DNA from: Patescibacteria group bacterium
Lineage (GTDB): Bacteria > Patescibacteriota > Minisyncoccia > Minisyncoccales > GWA2-38-27
Direction: 5' to 3'
Assembly (NCBI GenBank): GCA_020148045.1
Contig: JAHCRG010000016.1
Coordinates: forward strand, 68 to 64,067
Length of the DNA stretch: 64,000 nt
Each line of letters starts with the position of its first letter. Positions within the stretch are counted from its first letter, which is position 1. A model generated the notes under the pieces. It saw only the letters and a list, made by a program, of their open reading frames with translations, was not told where the DNA came from and made no database searches. The translations under genes and the position numbers were made by a program. This document shows positions 62,017-64,000 of this stretch, piece by piece.

Positions 62017-64000
62017 ATGAAAAAGAAAATTTTAGTATTTTTAGTTACAATTATTTTACTTGTTGGCTTTATTGTTCTAAAAGAAGTAAAAGCCGGGAGC
62101 TGGGATAATGTTTATGGCTGGGCTTGGTCAGAAAGGATTGGCTGGATTAGTTTTAATTGCTATAACGATTATGATGGAGACGGGAATTTAGAAAGTCACT
62201 GTACTGATGCTGGATATAATTCAGATTACGGAGTTGATATTAACCTTTCTACAGGTGTTTTTTCCGGCTATGCTTGGTCAGAAAGGATTGGCTGGATTAG
62301 TTTTAATTCTGGAGATCTTGCTGGTTGTCCAAGTGCGCCTTGTGAAGCCCGGTTTGATTCTGATGGAACAACTTGTGGTGCAGTTGGACAGGTTTGTGGT
62401 TGGGCAAGAGCATATCGAGCAATAGAGCCGGAAGGGCAAACCCTTGGCGGTTGGGACGGCTGGATAAAATTAAGAGGAATTGATCAGAACGGTGATCCCT
62501 ATGGAGTTTCTTTTGATTCTGATACTAATGAATTTGAGGGCTGGGCTTGGGCTGGCAACGATAGTTCCGAAGAGGCGGTAATCGGCTGGATTAGTTTTAA
62601 CTGTAAAGACGGAGGTTATGTAGAAGAACATTTCCCCTCCATCACAGGAGAAGCATCGGATGGATTTATTTCGGCATACTCTTCAAGCTATTCAACAGCA
62701 CACTCAACTTCTGATTCTTTTAATATAACAGGTTCTACTCTTAGAGTTGGACAAGAATATATTGAAGCTGGAGTCGGAGAATGTACTGGGACAGCATATG
62801 ATTGTGGGTTGGGTTGGGCGGATCGAATTCATTGTGAACTTACATCTGGTTGTATTTGGGTCGCTTGTGAAGGGACAGCAGCTACTTGCGATAGTTGGGA
62901 TAACAATTATGGTGGTTGTTTAGGTCACGATGGCTGTTATTGGGATGGTTGTACTGGAACAGCAACCGATTGTGAAGATTTTTGGAGTTGGGGAAGTTGT
63001 ACAGGCCAGGATGGTTGTGAATGGATAGAATCAGGGTATGGTGATTATTGTGATGGAACACCAGATTCTTGTGATAACTATGGTGGTGAATGGTCTTGTA
63101 CAGGTCAGGATGGCTGTTCTTGGGATGGTTGTAGTGGGACAGCAACCGATTGTGATAGCTATGATGACGATTGGGCATCTGGCCTTAAATGGGCTTGTGA
63201 AGCTCAATTTGGTTGTTCTTGGCCAGGTTGTTTTGGGGCACCAGATCCTTGTGATAGTTTTGGTAGTGAATCTGATTGTAATTCTCAACCTGGTTGTTCT
63301 TGGGACGAGGGTGAAGATGAAGAGTTTGGTATTAATAGAGGTTATCTTGATTTTGATACTTCAAGCATTCCTGATGGTGCTACTATTACCGATGTAAAAT
63401 TAAGTTTAAAGGCAAGTCAGGATAAATCAGATACTAATTTTGATATAGAAATATATAAATTCAATTGGGCAGAGCCGATAACTTCAGGTAATAGAGAAAC
63501 TAGTTACGATGCTGGTGGAGCTGTTTATGATGGAGATTGGAGAAATACAAGTGGAATGTCGACAGGAGTTTATTATGATTCTCCTTCTTTAGACAACTCT
63601 TGGGTAAATAAAACAGGTGATACAAAATATCAGTTGAGAAGCGGTAGGGATGTAGATGAAGATGCACCTTATGGGGATGAATATATTGAATTTTACTCTG
63701 CAAATTCAGCAGGAAATAAACCCATACTTAAAGTTACTTATACAATAGAAGCTGCTCCAGCAGGAGAACATTATAGTGTCTGTGGAGATTCAAATTACAA
63801 AGTAAAGAGTACTTTAAATCAATCACCCGATAAACCCACAAACCTGAACGAAAGCTGGGGGTGTTGCGGAGGAATGCCCCAGGTAGCTCTTCGCACCTGC
63901 CTAATTTTAAATTGGTCCTATTTTGATCCAGATGGCGATCCCCAGGCAGGATATGAGGTCTGGGTAGATGAAAGTTCTGATTTTAGTAGTCCAAAATTCA
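62017..64000 (+). CDS. large secreted Cys-rich repeat protein, 3' end outside window (absent from the ORF track)
   Basis: Frame 1 hand-translated from ATG 62017 to base 64000: 661 codons with no stop. Signal peptide MKKKILVFLVTIILLVGF. Three W(S/A)ERIGWISFN-type repeats. Six tandem 4-Cys repeats (C.GTA.DC...C...GC.W). Confidence 0.75.
   Translation, partial: MKKKILVFLVTIILLVGFIVLKEVKAGSWDNVYGWAWSERIGWISFNCYNDYDGDGNLESHCTDAGYNSDYGVDINLSTGVFSGYAWSERIGWISFNSGDLAGCPSAPCEARFDSDGTTCGAVGQVCGWARAYRAIEPEGQTLGGWDGWIKLRGIDQNGDPYGVSFDSDTNEFEGWAWAGNDSSEEAVIGWISFNCKDGGYVEEHFPSITGEASDGFISAYSSSYSTAHSTSDSFNITGSTLRVGQEYIEAGVGECTGTAYDCGLGWADRIHCELTSGCIWVACEGTAATCDSWDNNYGGCLGHDGCYWDGCTGTATDCEDFWSWGSCTGQDGCEWIESGYGDYCDGTPDSCDNYGGEWSCTGQDGCSWDGCSGTATDCDSYDDDWASGLKWACEAQFGCSWPGCFGAPDPCDSFGSESDCNSQPGCSWDEGEDEEFGINRGYLDFDTSSIPDGATITDVKLSLKASQDKSDTNFDIEIYKFNWAEPITSGNRETSYDAGGAVYDGDWRNTSGMSTGVYYDSPSLDNSWVNKTGDTKYQLRSGRDVDEDAPYGDEYIEFYSANSAGNKPILKVTYTIEAAPAGEHYSVCGDSNYKVKSTLNQSPDKPTNLNESWGCCGGMPQVALRTCLILNWSYFDPDGDPQAGYEVWVDESSDFSSPKF

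Noticed and set aside
62207-63703. Several short track ORFs in other plus frames and on the antisense strand (62207, 62882, 63031, 63038, 63500)
   Set aside because: All lie inside the long frame-1 ORF starting at 62017. Their odd His/Asn- or Val/Leu-rich translations are shadow frames of the repeat-rich gene.
1-64000. Alternative genetic code (UGA recoding, as in some candidate phyla)
   Set aside because: Standard-code ORFs are long and contiguous, and several well-supported genes end in TGA at the expected protein C-terminus (for example 48520-48522 and rplS).

Overview
AT-rich, very gene-dense bacterial window read with the standard code (TGA coincides with gene ends). The gene content suggests a small-genome Patescibacteria/CPR-like organism: N-terminally short IF-2, short ValRS, TrbC/VirB2-like mini-pilins, a complete type IV pilus locus, and no biosynthetic operons. 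That lineage call is inference only.

Layout:
- 1-11.5 kb: two-component pair and housekeeping genes (mutM, holA, rpsT, radical SAM, ruvA, MurE-like ligase, rtcB, NIF3).
- 11.6-19.7 kb: cell-surface glycosylation cluster (GT2/GT4, GT-C-like membrane proteins, ABC-2 exporter).
- 19.7-45.9 kb: housekeeping genes (infB, rbfA, rplS, ftsH, S1, gyrA, hsp20, valS, tsaD, recG) interleaved with 15 tRNA genes.
- 46.0-64.0 kb: one co-directional type IV pilus block: pilMNO, pilB, receiver, pilT, pilC, a 1387-aa beta-helix/metalloprotease membrane protein, pilins, pilD, minor pilins, and a large Cys-rich secreted protein. That last ORF runs off the window and is missing from the supplied ORF track.

I saw no rRNA, CRISPR array, cas gene, transposase or integrase.

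Observations most worth a second look:
1. tRNA genes abut or overlap protein-coding genes, in a mitochondrion-like punctuation pattern.
2. Five tRNAs have non-canonical T-loops with matching D-loop changes, and all 15 tRNAs have C after the discriminator.
3. Long hairpins built from tandem 7-8 nt words sit in intergenic regions. The same words occur in frame inside gyrA, tsaD, valS, fpg and pilD.
4. A 27-bp hairpin that forms only in the sense RNA runs from a stop codon to the pilB start codon.
5. A classical-looking Ile/Leu leader-peptide attenuator lies upstream of a stand-alone LeuA regulatory-domain gene.
6. An orphan small-RNA gene has a consensus promoter and a terminator.
7. The pilus locus contains unusual cargo proteins.

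All calls come from reading the sequence and the translated ORFs by eye. No database search or folding computation was run.
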